Shown here: positions 8,022 to 16,421 of the stretch, piece by piece
Layout: every line of letters starts with the position of its first letter
Position numbering within the stretch: the first letter of the stretch is position 1
From: Pseudobdellovibrionaceae bacterium
GTDB lineage: Bacteria > Bdellovibrionota > Bdellovibrionia > Bdellovibrionales > Bdellovibrionaceae
Assembly (NCBI GenBank): GCA_039810425.1
Contig: JBDHWW010000054.1
Coordinates: forward strand, 1-19,016
Length of the DNA: 19,016 nt
Direction: 5' to 3'
Made by a program: the position numbers and the translations under genes
The notes under the pieces: generated by a model
Database searches by the model: none
What the model was told of the DNA's origin: nothing
The model's input: only the letters and a program-made list of their open reading frames with translations

Positions 8022-9449
8022 ATGAAGCAGTTTTCTCTCCGCAATTGCATCCTTATTTCTTTAGCCGTTTACGTCCTCGTCGTGATCTTTAATACCGGCT
8101 TCATCGCGACCGACGAATATTGGGATGGCATCACACGTTATCTGCCTGCGCAGAAGGCGACGGTTGCGACGTTGATTAAACCGGATGACGTGAAAACCCC
8201 CCTGCAGATTTTGCCAATGCATTTGGCGGCTCAACTGGCCTACAAAATGGGCATTGAAGCGCCGTTCAACCAGTATCACTTCGTGATTGTCTTCTGGGGC
8301 CTTGTGGGCTTTGCCTTGAGCGCAGGGGCCGCAGCGATGCTGTTCCGAGGTAGAAACGAAAACCTTGCAAAGATCGCCATTCTTTTGCTGGCGTTCCACT
8401 TTTCCGCTCCGGGGTTGCTAACGCGCCCGATGTTTGAAGCATTGTCCGCGCCCTGGATTGCGCTCTCGTGTGCGTTCGCGGTCCTTTACGATGAAAGGAA
8501 AAAATGGCGAGATCTTCTGTTCGGTGTATTCTGTGCTTCGATGGCCTTTACTTTGCGTCAGCAAACGGGCTTCTGCGCATTGGTTTTCATGATCCTTCCA
8601 CCTATGCATAAACAGTGGAAGCACTTCTTGATCGCAGGTATTGCGGGCCTTGGGTTTTTCGTTTTGAGCGGCATTCCCGATATTTTCCTTCGTGGCAGCT
8701 TCCATCATTCACTGCGCGCTTTGGCAGAATACAATTTCAAGTACGGCTCTGACTATGGCAGCCGCCCATGGTATTTTTTCCTCCCATTGATTTTCGTGTT
8801 CATGCTGACTCCCTGGCTGATGGCAAAGTATCCGCCAGGGTTCTTAAAAGGCTATTTCCGTCGCTACCGTTCGCTTTTCATTATTCTGGCGCTCTTCATC
8901 GTCTTGCACTCGATGTTTGCGAATAAGTTTGAGCGCTTTTTAATATCGATGATTCCGGTCATGATCTTCTTGATGACCCCGTTTGTGACCTACTTTATCG
9001 AAAATTGGCGGCAGCGCAAGGCGCGCCTCATTTCAATGGCGGCCTTGAACTTCACCTTGTGGGTACCGGCGTCGTTCTTTCCGGCACAAAAAAACATCAC
9101 GGATCTTGCTCGCTATATGGACGCACATCCGCAGTACACTTACATCGTGAGCATCGACCTGACGATCGAATGGATCCCTGATGCATTCATGCGCAATGCT
9201 TACTACAATGTTTCGCACGTCTACACGAAAGACTTCGTGAAGCTCAATATGAATAAGACGTGCGATTTCGTGATTGCACTTAATGAGAAGGCTTACGAGA
9301 CCAACAAAGACTTTCTGGCCGCGAACTACACGTTCCTTGAGAAGTTCAATGTGAATGTGATTGAGTCCGTGGCCTATAAATTCAATCCAGAGAACAACGT
9401 GCGCCGCTCTCCTTTATACATTTATGGTTGCAAACAGTCAGGGCCGTGA
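8022..9449 (+). CDS. GT-C fold membrane glycosyltransferase, PIG-B/Alg9 (GT22)-like putative mannosyltransferase
   Basis: About 475 aa from ATG 8022. Many hydrophobic segments, acidic TDEYW after TM1, YGSRPWYFF, NKFERFL (cf. HKEERF/HKEFRF of GT22) and a soluble C-terminal domain. Confidence 0.75.
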   Translation: MKQFSLRNCILISLAVYVLVVIFNTGFIATDEYWDGITRYLPAQKATVATLIKPDDVKTPLQILPMHLAAQLAYKMGIEAPFNQYHFVIVFWGLVGFALSAGAAAMLFRGRNENLAKIAILLLAFHFSAPGLLTRPMFEALSAPWIALSCAFAVLYDERKKWRDLLFGVFCASMAFTLRQQTGFCALVFMILPPMHKQWKHFLIAGIAGLGFFVLSGIPDIFLRGSFHHSLRALAEYNFKYGSDYGSRPWYFFLPLIFVFMLTPWLMAKYPPGFLKGYFRRYRSLFIILALFIVLHSMFANKFERFLISMIPVMIFLMTPFVTYFIENWRQRKARLISMAALNFTLWVPASFFPAQKNITDLARYMDAHPQYTYIVSIDLTIEWIPDAFMRNAYYNVSHVYTKDFVKLNMNKTCDFVIALNEKAYETNKDFLAANYTFLEKFNVNVIESVAYKFNPENNVRRSPLYIYGCKQSGP

Positions 9450-9470
9450 TCGACTGCTTCGATTCGCAAT

Positions 9471-10892
9471 CTACTTATTTAGAGAAAAATCTTTCGGTTC
9501 ACACGGCAGAACAAAGCGCTCAAGCTTCATGCCGCGAGAACCTTTCACCATCGCCATATCTCCTGGACGGAGATCATTAGAAAATTCGCGAGCCGTCTCG
9601 TCTTTGAAATCCTTTGCGGTGTTGAAGGCGTTTTTATAGCCGGATTTTTTCAAACCCTTTTCGAAGGCCTCATAGCTTGCACCGATGAAATACACCTTGT
9701 CGAAGCCTGTTTTACCGACAAGCTCGCCGAGTTCTTCATGCAATGAGTTTGCCAGCGTGCCCATCTCGAGCATTTCACCAAATACGCCGATCTTACGGCC
9801 TTTAGTTGTCAGGATTTTCACGTTGTCTAGTAACGCCTTCATAGAGTCGGGATTCGCATTGTAACCGTCAAAAATCATCTGCGCGCCGGATTTAAGCTCC
9901 AACAACTGATTACGGCCCCAGATCGTTTTGCAGTGACTAAGTCCTGTCCATACTTGCTCAGGGTCTAAGCCGGCAGCGATTCCGATCGCCGCAGCAGCCA
10001 TGAGGTTTGTCAGGTTCTGCGCGCCAAAAACTGGAACTGTTACTTCACCGTCTTCGTCTTCGATATGTCCAGCGACTTTCAAGCTCTGCGGCCCCATCGC
10101 TTCGAGTTTTAAATAGACGTCGGCCTTAGGATCTTGCGACGAGAACGTGATGAGCTTCGCTTGTGCGAATTTCTTCTGTGCTTTTTCGTACATCTTACGG
10201 GTCAGCGGGCTATCAAGATTGTAAACTCGGGTCGCCGCCGGGCTGGCAGCCTCATAGATCTCTTCCTTAGCCTCAGCGATTTTTTCAATCGTGCCGAAAT
10301 GCTCAATATGTGCCCGGCCTACCATTGTACAGCAAACGATATCGGGTTCTGCGATTTTCACGAGTTCAGTGATTTCACCTGCGTGATTCATCCCCATCTC
10401 AACAACAGCGATTTCCTTTTGCGGATCTAACTGCAATAGCGTGAAGGGCACGCCCCAGTGATTGTTGAAGCTGCCTCTACTGTAGTGAACCGTCTTAAAA
10501 CTATCGAGGATCGCTGCCGTGAATTCTTTGGTTGTCGTTTTACCGTTCGAACCCGTGATACCGATGATGGTGGCCTTCGCCGTTTTACGGGCCCAGTTGC
10601 CGAGATCTTGCAGACCTTTTAAAGTGTCTTTCACTTTGATGATGGTCACCTTACTTTTCAGCGATTGGACTCCCGGCAAATCTTCATGCACGAGCAAGCC
10701 CGCAGCCCCTTGAGTCACGGCTTTTTCAAGAAAGTTATGGGCATCAAAGCTATCGCCCTTAAGCGCCACAAAGAGCTGGCCTTCGAGAGACTGGCGCGTA
10801 TCGGTGCCTATGCCTTGGAATTTCTGTTTTACTTCGCTGAGGACTTGGCCCGACGTCGCCGCAAGAACATCTTTCAGTTCCATCGTTCTCAT
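9471..10892 (-). CDS. murF: UDP-N-acetylmuramoyl-tripeptide--D-Ala-D-Ala ligase
   Basis: 473 aa; DTR, GITGSNGKTTTKE, FNNHWGVP, EMGMNHAGEI, DGYNANPDSM, KGSRGMKLE; ATGA overlap with the murE stop. Confidence 0.97.
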   Translation of the reverse strand: MRTMELKDVLAATSGQVLSEVKQKFQGIGTDTRQSLEGQLFVALKGDSFDAHNFLEKAVTQGAAGLLVHEDLPGVQSLKSKVTIIKVKDTLKGLQDLGNWARKTAKATIIGITGSNGKTTTKEFTAAILDSFKTVHYSRGSFNNHWGVPFTLLQLDPQKEIAVVEMGMNHAGEITELVKIAEPDIVCCTMVGRAHIEHFGTIEKIAEAKEEIYEAASPAATRVYNLDSPLTRKMYEKAQKKFAQAKLITFSSQDPKADVYLKLEAMGPQSLKVAGHIEDEDGEVTVPVFGAQNLTNLMAAAAIGIAAGLDPEQVWTGLSHCKTIWGRNQLLELKSGAQMIFDGYNANPDSMKALLDNVKILTTKGRKIGVFGEMLEMGTLANSLHEELGELVGKTGFDKVYFIGASYEAFEKGLKKSGYKNAFNTAKDFKDETAREFSNDLRPGDMAMVKGSRGMKLERFVLPCEPKDFSLNK

Positions 10893-12373
10893 TTCAAAAA
10901 CTCCTGGGCGACCAAGTAATCGCTGAACGGTAATTTTTCGGTGCCGATGATTTGATAGTCCTCGTGCCCCTTGCCCGCGATCAATACCACGTCGCCGACC
11001 TTGGCTTGATTGATGGCTTTTTGAATCGCTTCACGGCGGCGGACTTCGATTTGAATTCTATACTGCTCGCCCGCTGGCAACTCTCCCGTCATATCGCGAA
11101 TAATGGCTTGGGGATCCTCAGTGCGTGGGTTGTCCGAAGTGATGATCACATGATCTGAATACTTCAGGGCCATTTGAGTCATTAACGGACGCTTGCCTTT
11201 GTCGCGATCACCGCCGCAGCCAAACACCGTCCAGATTTTTGAATCCGTCCGCATCGCTTCACGCACTTTGATGATCGCATTTAAAACGTTCTCCAAAGCA
11301 TCTGGAGAATGGGCGTAATCCACAAAGACAGAGATATTTTTGTCATTTTCTACAGCTTGAAGACGACCCGGAACTCCTTTGAAGTTTTCCAGCGCTTTCA
11401 CACAGCTCTGCAAAGAAACACCGGCCGCGATGCCCACAGCAATAGACGCCAATGCATTCATCACATTGTGAGTGCCTGACATCGGCAGTTGAACTTCAGC
11501 TTCCCCCGCGGGAGTTTGAATTTTAAAATGGGTCGAGGTGTAATCCATTTTCAGGATTTCAAATTGGAAGTCGCCTTCACGATGGCCATAAGTCCAAAGA
11601 ATTGCAGGATCAGCCACGCGCAATTGGCGGCCCCACTTATCGTCCGTATTGATGATCGCGAAGCATGGGCTTTTACTTGTCTTCCAAAGAAGATCTGTAA
11701 AAAGCCTTTGCTTTGCTTTGAAGTAGTCATCCATTGTTCCATGATAGTCGAGATGATCACGCGTCAAGTTTGTGAAGATGACGGCGTTGAACGGAACGCT
11801 GTCCACACGTTTTTGCTCCAGTGCATGGCTCGACACTTCCATCACAACTGCAGAAGCACCCTCTTTACGGAACTCATTCAAACGTCTTTGAAGATTCACG
11901 GGGTCCGGCGTCGTCATCTCAGAAGGCCACACTTTGTCGCCCAGACGATGATTCACAGTGCCAATCACGCCCGCAGGCATTCTCGCGTAATCAAGAATGC
12001 ACTCCACCATATAAGTGATCGAGGTTTTGCCGTTTGTTCCCGTCACACCAACACAGAATAAATCACGACCTGGGTCCCAGAAATACCGGCTCGCAAGAAT
12101 ATCCAGCACTTGCCTGGAGTTCGGCACCTGCAATACGAAACCAGAGAAGTCTTCTGGCAGTTTGGACCGATCCTCAAGAACAACAGCCACGGCGCCTTTT
12201 GCAATCGCCTCCGCAAGAAAATCATGACCGTCAGCCTTCGAGCCTTTGATGGCAACGAAAACCGCCCCGGCTGTGACTTTCCTGGCATCGTAACAAATAT
12301 CCGTGACCTCGATATGCGAAAACGCATTCTCGGGGATTCCTGGAAATATTGAAAATAGATGCTGCAGCTTCAT
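10889..12373 (-). CDS. murE: UDP-N-acetylmuramoyl-dipeptide--meso-diaminopimelate ligase
   Basis: 494 aa; GVTGTNGKTS, MEVSSHAL, TNLTRDHLDYH, DYAHSPDAL, FGCGGDRD, AGKGHE; the DNPR motif indicates meso-DAP specificity. Confidence 0.98.
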   Translation of the reverse strand: MKLQHLFSIFPGIPENAFSHIEVTDICYDARKVTAGAVFVAIKGSKADGHDFLAEAIAKGAVAVVLEDRSKLPEDFSGFVLQVPNSRQVLDILASRYFWDPGRDLFCVGVTGTNGKTSITYMVECILDYARMPAGVIGTVNHRLGDKVWPSEMTTPDPVNLQRRLNEFRKEGASAVVMEVSSHALEQKRVDSVPFNAVIFTNLTRDHLDYHGTMDDYFKAKQRLFTDLLWKTSKSPCFAIINTDDKWGRQLRVADPAILWTYGHREGDFQFEILKMDYTSTHFKIQTPAGEAEVQLPMSGTHNVMNALASIAVGIAAGVSLQSCVKALENFKGVPGRLQAVENDKNISVFVDYAHSPDALENVLNAIIKVREAMRTDSKIWTVFGCGGDRDKGKRPLMTQMALKYSDHVIITSDNPRTEDPQAIIRDMTGELPAGEQYRIQIEVRRREAIQKAINQAKVGDVVLIAGKGHEDYQIIGTEKLPFSDYLVAQEFLK

Positions 12374-12374
12374 A

Positions 12375-12404
12375 TTGACCTTTTAATGTTCCTAAACACA
12401 TTAT
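12375..12404 (+). promoter_or_regulatory. Putative promoter of the hydrolase gene, overlapping an inverted repeat
   Basis: TTGACC-18 nt-CATTAT ending 6 nt before ATG 12411; inverted repeat TAATGT-N8-ACATTA at 12384-12403. Confidence 0.4.
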
Positions 12405-12410
12405 CCTAAA

Positions 12411-13082
12411 ATGAGAAAACTCGCAAAAGTATATTGCCTCGACGAATATCATGGTGACGACGCTCCGTGGGTCATTCTTTTTCACGGATATGGCGCAGAT
12501 GCGTCTGATTTGGAATCCCTGAAAGATTACATTCCAACTGAGAAGAAATTAAACTGGTTGTTTCCTCAGGGGCTCATAAATGTTCCCATCGGTCCTGGAT
12601 GGACTGGAAAAGCTTGGTGGGCGCTCACCATGAGCTCCCTTGAGAGCGATTTCAGCGCGACAAAACCCGAGGGTATCGAGCACGTGCGCAGTGAGATCTT
12701 GAATATGATCGACGCACTGAAAGTGCCGTGGAGCAAAATTATTCTTGGTGGATTTTCTCAAGGCGCGATGCTAGCGACAGATATTTATCTCCACGCTCCG
12801 GAAACGCCCGCGGGACTGGTCTTAATGTCCGGCGCACTCATAAATAAAAATGAACTCAAACCTTTGGTCGAAAAACGCCGCGGCGAAAAATTTTTCCAAT
12901 GTCATGGCGCAAATGACCAAGTGTTGCAAATGCGCGGTGCTCGCCAACTAGAGTCATTACTAAATAGTGGTGGAATGAAGGGCGGATGTCTTGAGTTTCA
13001 AGGAGGGCACGAAATCCCTCCTGCGATGTTAGTAAAACTCGGAGAGTACTTGAATACGAGAATCAGCGCAAAATCACCGTAA
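12411..13082 (+). CDS. Alpha/beta-hydrolase, phospholipase/carboxylesterase (YpfH/lysophospholipase-like)
   Basis: 223 aa; oxyanion FHGYG, nucleophile GFSQG, HGANDQV (Asp), GGHEI (His). Confidence 0.92.
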   Translation: MRKLAKVYCLDEYHGDDAPWVILFHGYGADASDLESLKDYIPTEKKLNWLFPQGLINVPIGPGWTGKAWWALTMSSLESDFSATKPEGIEHVRSEILNMIDALKVPWSKIILGGFSQGAMLATDIYLHAPETPAGLVLMSGALINKNELKPLVEKRRGEKFFQCHGANDQVLQMRGARQLESLLNSGGMKGGCLEFQGGHEIPPAMLVKLGEYLNTRISAKSP

Positions 13083-15027
13083 TTTCTTTGTTCTCAGGGA
13101 GCGGAGCACCCACGGGAGGCTCCACCCCCGTCACGACTCCCTGTCCACGGAACTTCACACTGATATCCTTCCCATTAAAGCGGCGCAAAACTTCACGCAA
13201 CGTCATTGTGGTCACGTCAGGCACCACACCGAGCTCCAGGCTGGTCGAAACAATGTCGCCCTCAACAACAGTCGCAAGACCACGGCTCTTCTCGCCATCC
13301 ATTTTAATCGCCTTACGTTTTTCGGGCAAAATGTTTTTCTCCGTCAACAGGACCGGCGCTAAACCCTCCTTACGAACCACATACGAAGCCACGCGTGAAA
13401 ATATCGGAGCGGCCACAGCCGCGCCATAGAAACCTTTGCGCGGATGATCCAAGGCTACGTAAATTACAAATTTCGGATTATTTGCCGGAATAAATCCACC
13501 GAAGCTCGAGATGTAGGCGCCCTTCATATAACCGCGGCCATTAGGATTTACTTTTTGCGCGGTTCCCGTCTTACCCGCGACGATAAAACCAGGCACACGC
13601 GCATTCTTACCAGTCCCGCCATCCGCCGTCACAGCGCTCAACATCAAACGCATCTGTGACGCCTGCTCCGGAGTGAGGACCCGGCGGATCGGCTTTTGTT
13701 GCATTTCACGAATTTGACCTGTTTCACTGTCGCGAATCGACGAAACGATGAATGGCGTATTCAATACGCCGCCGTTTGCAATGGCCGCATAGGCGTTCGC
13801 CATCTGCAAAGGGGTGACGGCAATACCGTGACCGAAAGAAATATTACTCAACAAATGCGGACGCCAAGGCAGCGGCTGAACCGCCCCGCGCGCTTCCCCC
13901 GGCAAATCGATGCCGAGCTTGCTGCCGAAACCAAAATCCAGCAACCCCTGACGAAGGCTGTCTGCACCCATCTTGAAAGCAATCTTAGTCGTACCGATGT
14001 TTGAAGAGACCGCTAGGATCTCGCTCACCGAAAGGTTCCCGAAGCTTTCGTGGGTTTCCGCTTCGTGAATAACTTTGTCGCCGATTCTGAAAGAACCGTT
14101 TTCGCAGAAGAATTTTGTATTCGGAGCCACGAGACCTTGACGTAATGCCAAAGCGATCACGAATGTCTTTAATGTACTGCCCGGCTCGAACGCGTCTGTC
14201 GCCGCCTTGTCGCGGCGAATATCCGCCGCCGTCTTCATCGCTTTATTAACATCAAATGTCGGCACGCTCGCCATCGCGACAATCGCGGAAGTTTCAGCAT
14301 CAAGGATCACACCCACCGCGGAATCCGCCTCGTGGGTTTGCACGGCTTGGGCCAACTCATTTTCCAGGTTGTACTGAATATCAGAATCCACCGTGAGCTT
14401 GACTTCATTGCCGTCAGGGTTTTCAGTAAAAAGCAGGCCATCGGCGATCAACGGGCGCCCGCGGGCATCACGGCGAACAGAAACTTTCTTGGCATTTCCC
14501 TTTAAATCGCTTTCAAAATATTTTTCCAGCCCTTCCAGGCCTTGGCCCTCACTGCCGAGAAACCCCAAGGTGTGCGCCAAAAGGGTCTCATTCGGATAAA
14601 CGCGCCGCCACTCCTCAACGAAGGAAAGGCCGCGGATGTTCCAGGATTTGATTTTGTTGGCTTTGTCTTCGTCCATCAGGCGCTGAATCCAAACAAAGCG
14701 CTTATTGCCGTCCCTAATTTTTCCGTAAACGCTTTCCGTCGTCACTCCGAGCTCTTTCGCGAGCGCTTTTGCCAAAGGCTTGCGTTTTTCAAGCAGCTTC
14801 GGGTCGGCATAAAGAGAGTATGCGGTTCCCGACATCGCCAAGTCCCGCCCGTTACGATCAATGATCGCGCCACGGCGGGCTTGCAAAGTCACGACAGTTT
14901 GGAACTGGCGGTTTTGTAAGGACTGAAGCTTTTCATTCGGTAAAAACTGCAGATAGGCGGCGCGCAAGATCAGCGCACCCCAAAGTACCATCACACCAGC
15001 GAACACCGCAATAATACGAGATTTCAA
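13063..15027 (-). CDS. ftsI: Class B penicillin-binding protein FtsI/PBP3 with a C-terminal PASTA domain
   Basis: 654 aa; TTG start with AAGGAG SD; N-terminal TM, RGAIIDRNG, RVYP, catalytic STLK / SSN / KTG; C-terminal VPDVTTMTLREV...GQGVVTGVEP. Confidence 0.95.
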   Translation of the reverse strand: MKSRIIAVFAGVMVLWGALILRAAYLQFLPNEKLQSLQNRQFQTVVTLQARRGAIIDRNGRDLAMSGTAYSLYADPKLLEKRKPLAKALAKELGVTTESVYGKIRDGNKRFVWIQRLMDEDKANKIKSWNIRGLSFVEEWRRVYPNETLLAHTLGFLGSEGQGLEGLEKYFESDLKGNAKKVSVRRDARGRPLIADGLLFTENPDGNEVKLTVDSDIQYNLENELAQAVQTHEADSAVGVILDAETSAIVAMASVPTFDVNKAMKTAADIRRDKAATDAFEPGSTLKTFVIALALRQGLVAPNTKFFCENGSFRIGDKVIHEAETHESFGNLSVSEILAVSSNIGTTKIAFKMGADSLRQGLLDFGFGSKLGIDLPGEARGAVQPLPWRPHLLSNISFGHGIAVTPLQMANAYAAIANGGVLNTPFIVSSIRDSETGQIREMQQKPIRRVLTPEQASQMRLMLSAVTADGGTGKNARVPGFIVAGKTGTAQKVNPNGRGYMKGAYISSFGGFIPANNPKFVIYVALDHPRKGFYGAAVAAPIFSRVASYVVRKEGLAPVLLTEKNILPEKRKAIKMDGEKSRGLATVVEGDIVSTSLELGVVPDVTTMTLREVLRRFNGKDISVKFRGQGVVTGVEPPVGAPLPENKEITVILR

Positions 15028-15366
15028 CTAGAGCTCCTTCTTTGCGACGGGCTTTGTCGCCGGAGACATGTCAACAAGGCTGGCCGTGCCTCCACTGAGA
15101 TGGATGATTTGATCCGCTTGAATTTTCTTAAGCGTGAATTTCGATTGCGCCATATGCTCCACGAGTTGTGGGCGCGTCACTTTCACGAGTTGAATTTCGC
15201 GAACGTGCTTGTCTTCAAGAATTTTTTTATGCTCGCGGCTCAGTTTCAAAACGCTGTAACCAAGACGGCGCTCTTCCATTTGCAGAAACACCAAAGAAAA
15301 GAATGTAAAAATCAAAATCAAAACGCTGCAAAAAGGCTTTAGCTGTCTAAAATTTTCCGAGCTCAT
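15028..15366 (-). CDS. ftsL: Probable cell division protein FtsL
   Basis: 112 aa from ATG 15366 (GAGGAG SD). Short N-tail, single TM and coiled-coil; canonical position between rsmH and ftsI. Assigned from topology and synteny. Confidence 0.7.
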   Translation of the reverse strand: MSSENFRQLKPFCSVLILIFTFFSLVFLQMEERRLGYSVLKLSREHKKILEDKHVREIQLVKVTRPQLVEHMAQSKFTLKKIQADQIIHLSGGTASLVDMSPATKPVAKKEL

Positions 15367-16306
15367 CCTGAACTCTCCTCTCAAAAACTCTCAGCTTCGC
15401 ACTGCGCGAGCGAGTATTCATATCGCACTCTTCCTGAGTGGGTAGTAAAATTCTTTTATGGGTTTGTTCACCAAACTCTCTATCACTTTTAAAAATATTT
15501 TTTACGATTCGGTCTTCCAAAGAGTGGAAACTGATCACCGCCAAGCGGCCCCCCGGCGTCAAAGCCCGCATCATCTCAGGCAACGTGCGCTCAAGGACCT
15601 CAAGCTCGGCATTCACGCGCAACCGAAGCGCCATGAAATACTGAGTCGCCGGATGGAACCCTTTGTGTCTCCAACCATCAACGCGCTCGATGAGTCCTGC
15701 AAGCTCTTTCGTGCTTTGCCAAGCTTTGGTTTTACGATCGTGAACGATGGCGCGAACAACACGGAAAGGCCGATGGATCTCTCCATACTGTTTGAACATT
15801 TCGTTGAGTTCCTGCTCGGACGAGGTATTCAAAATGTATTCCGCCGTTACGCCACGTGTTTGGTTCATACGCATATCCAGAGGGCCGTCTTTATTGAAGC
15901 TAAAGCCTCTGCCTGCAGTGTCTAACTGGGGGGAACTGACCCCCAGATCTAACAACATCATATCAAAAGAACCTAAATTGTGCTCCGGAAACTCTGAAAA
16001 ATTTCCATGAATTATACGTACTTGCCGGGACTCGACCTCGGTCCTGAAGTTTTCATGGCCGAATTTCACAGCGGTTTCGTCTTGGTCCATCACCACGGCT
16101 CGGATTTGTGGGAAGTTTGCAAGCACCGCCCTGAGGTGGCCTCCACGGCCGAAGGTTCCATCGAAGTAACGGAGGTCGTTTTTGCCTCTGAAAACAGCGA
16201 AATTCTCGAGGATATCGCGAACCATAACAGGATAGTGTTCAGGCGCGAACTCGACTTTTGTGAGATCAGGAAATGCGCTGCTGGATGGGGCTTTGGGTTC
16301 CGACAA
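15347..16306 (-). CDS. rsmH: 16S rRNA m4C1402 methyltransferase RsmH (MraW)
   Basis: HYPVM, DGTFGRGGH, DLGVSSPQLD, GPLDMRM, HPATQYFMALR, ISFHSLEDRIVK, RSRSAKLR. The TTG start is uncertain. Confidence 0.96.
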   Translation of the reverse strand: MSEPKAPSSSAFPDLTKVEFAPEHYPVMVRDILENFAVFRGKNDLRYFDGTFGRGGHLRAVLANFPQIRAVVMDQDETAVKFGHENFRTEVESRQVRIIHGNFSEFPEHNLGSFDMMLLDLGVSSPQLDTAGRGFSFNKDGPLDMRMNQTRGVTAEYILNTSSEQELNEMFKQYGEIHRPFRVVRAIVHDRKTKAWQSTKELAGLIERVDGWRHKGFHPATQYFMALRLRVNAELEVLERTLPEMMRALTPGGRLAVISFHSLEDRIVKNIFKSDREFGEQTHKRILLPTQEECDMNTRSRSAKLRVFERRVQDELGKF

Positions 16307-16367
16307 AAGGCTCTCGCTTTAATGAAGACTAGACTGTCTAGAATTGAAATTTTTCTCTGTGATTCCC

Positions 16368-16396
16368 AAGGTATGAACAAATTGTTTGTGGGTCAA
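16368..16396 (-). promoter_or_regulatory. Putative sigma70-type promoter of the dcw cluster
   Basis: Minus strand TTGACC-17 nt-TACCTT, about 60 nt upstream of rsmH; the spacer contains palindrome AACAA-A-TTGTT (16376-16386). Confidence 0.5.
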
Positions 16397-16414
16397 GAGC
16401 CTATGATTTAAGCT
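16386..16414 (+). promoter_or_regulatory. Putative divergent promoter of the zinc-ribbon/UPRTase/hpt operon
   Basis: TTGTGG-17 nt-TAAGCT ending 7 nt before ATG 16422; no SD. Confidence 0.4.
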
Positions 16415-16421
16415 ATTAGTA

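Noticed and set aside
368..16380. Many short alternative-frame and antisense ORFs inside the mur/fts genes
   Set aside because: All are nested in well-supported conserved genes and show no recognisable motifs.
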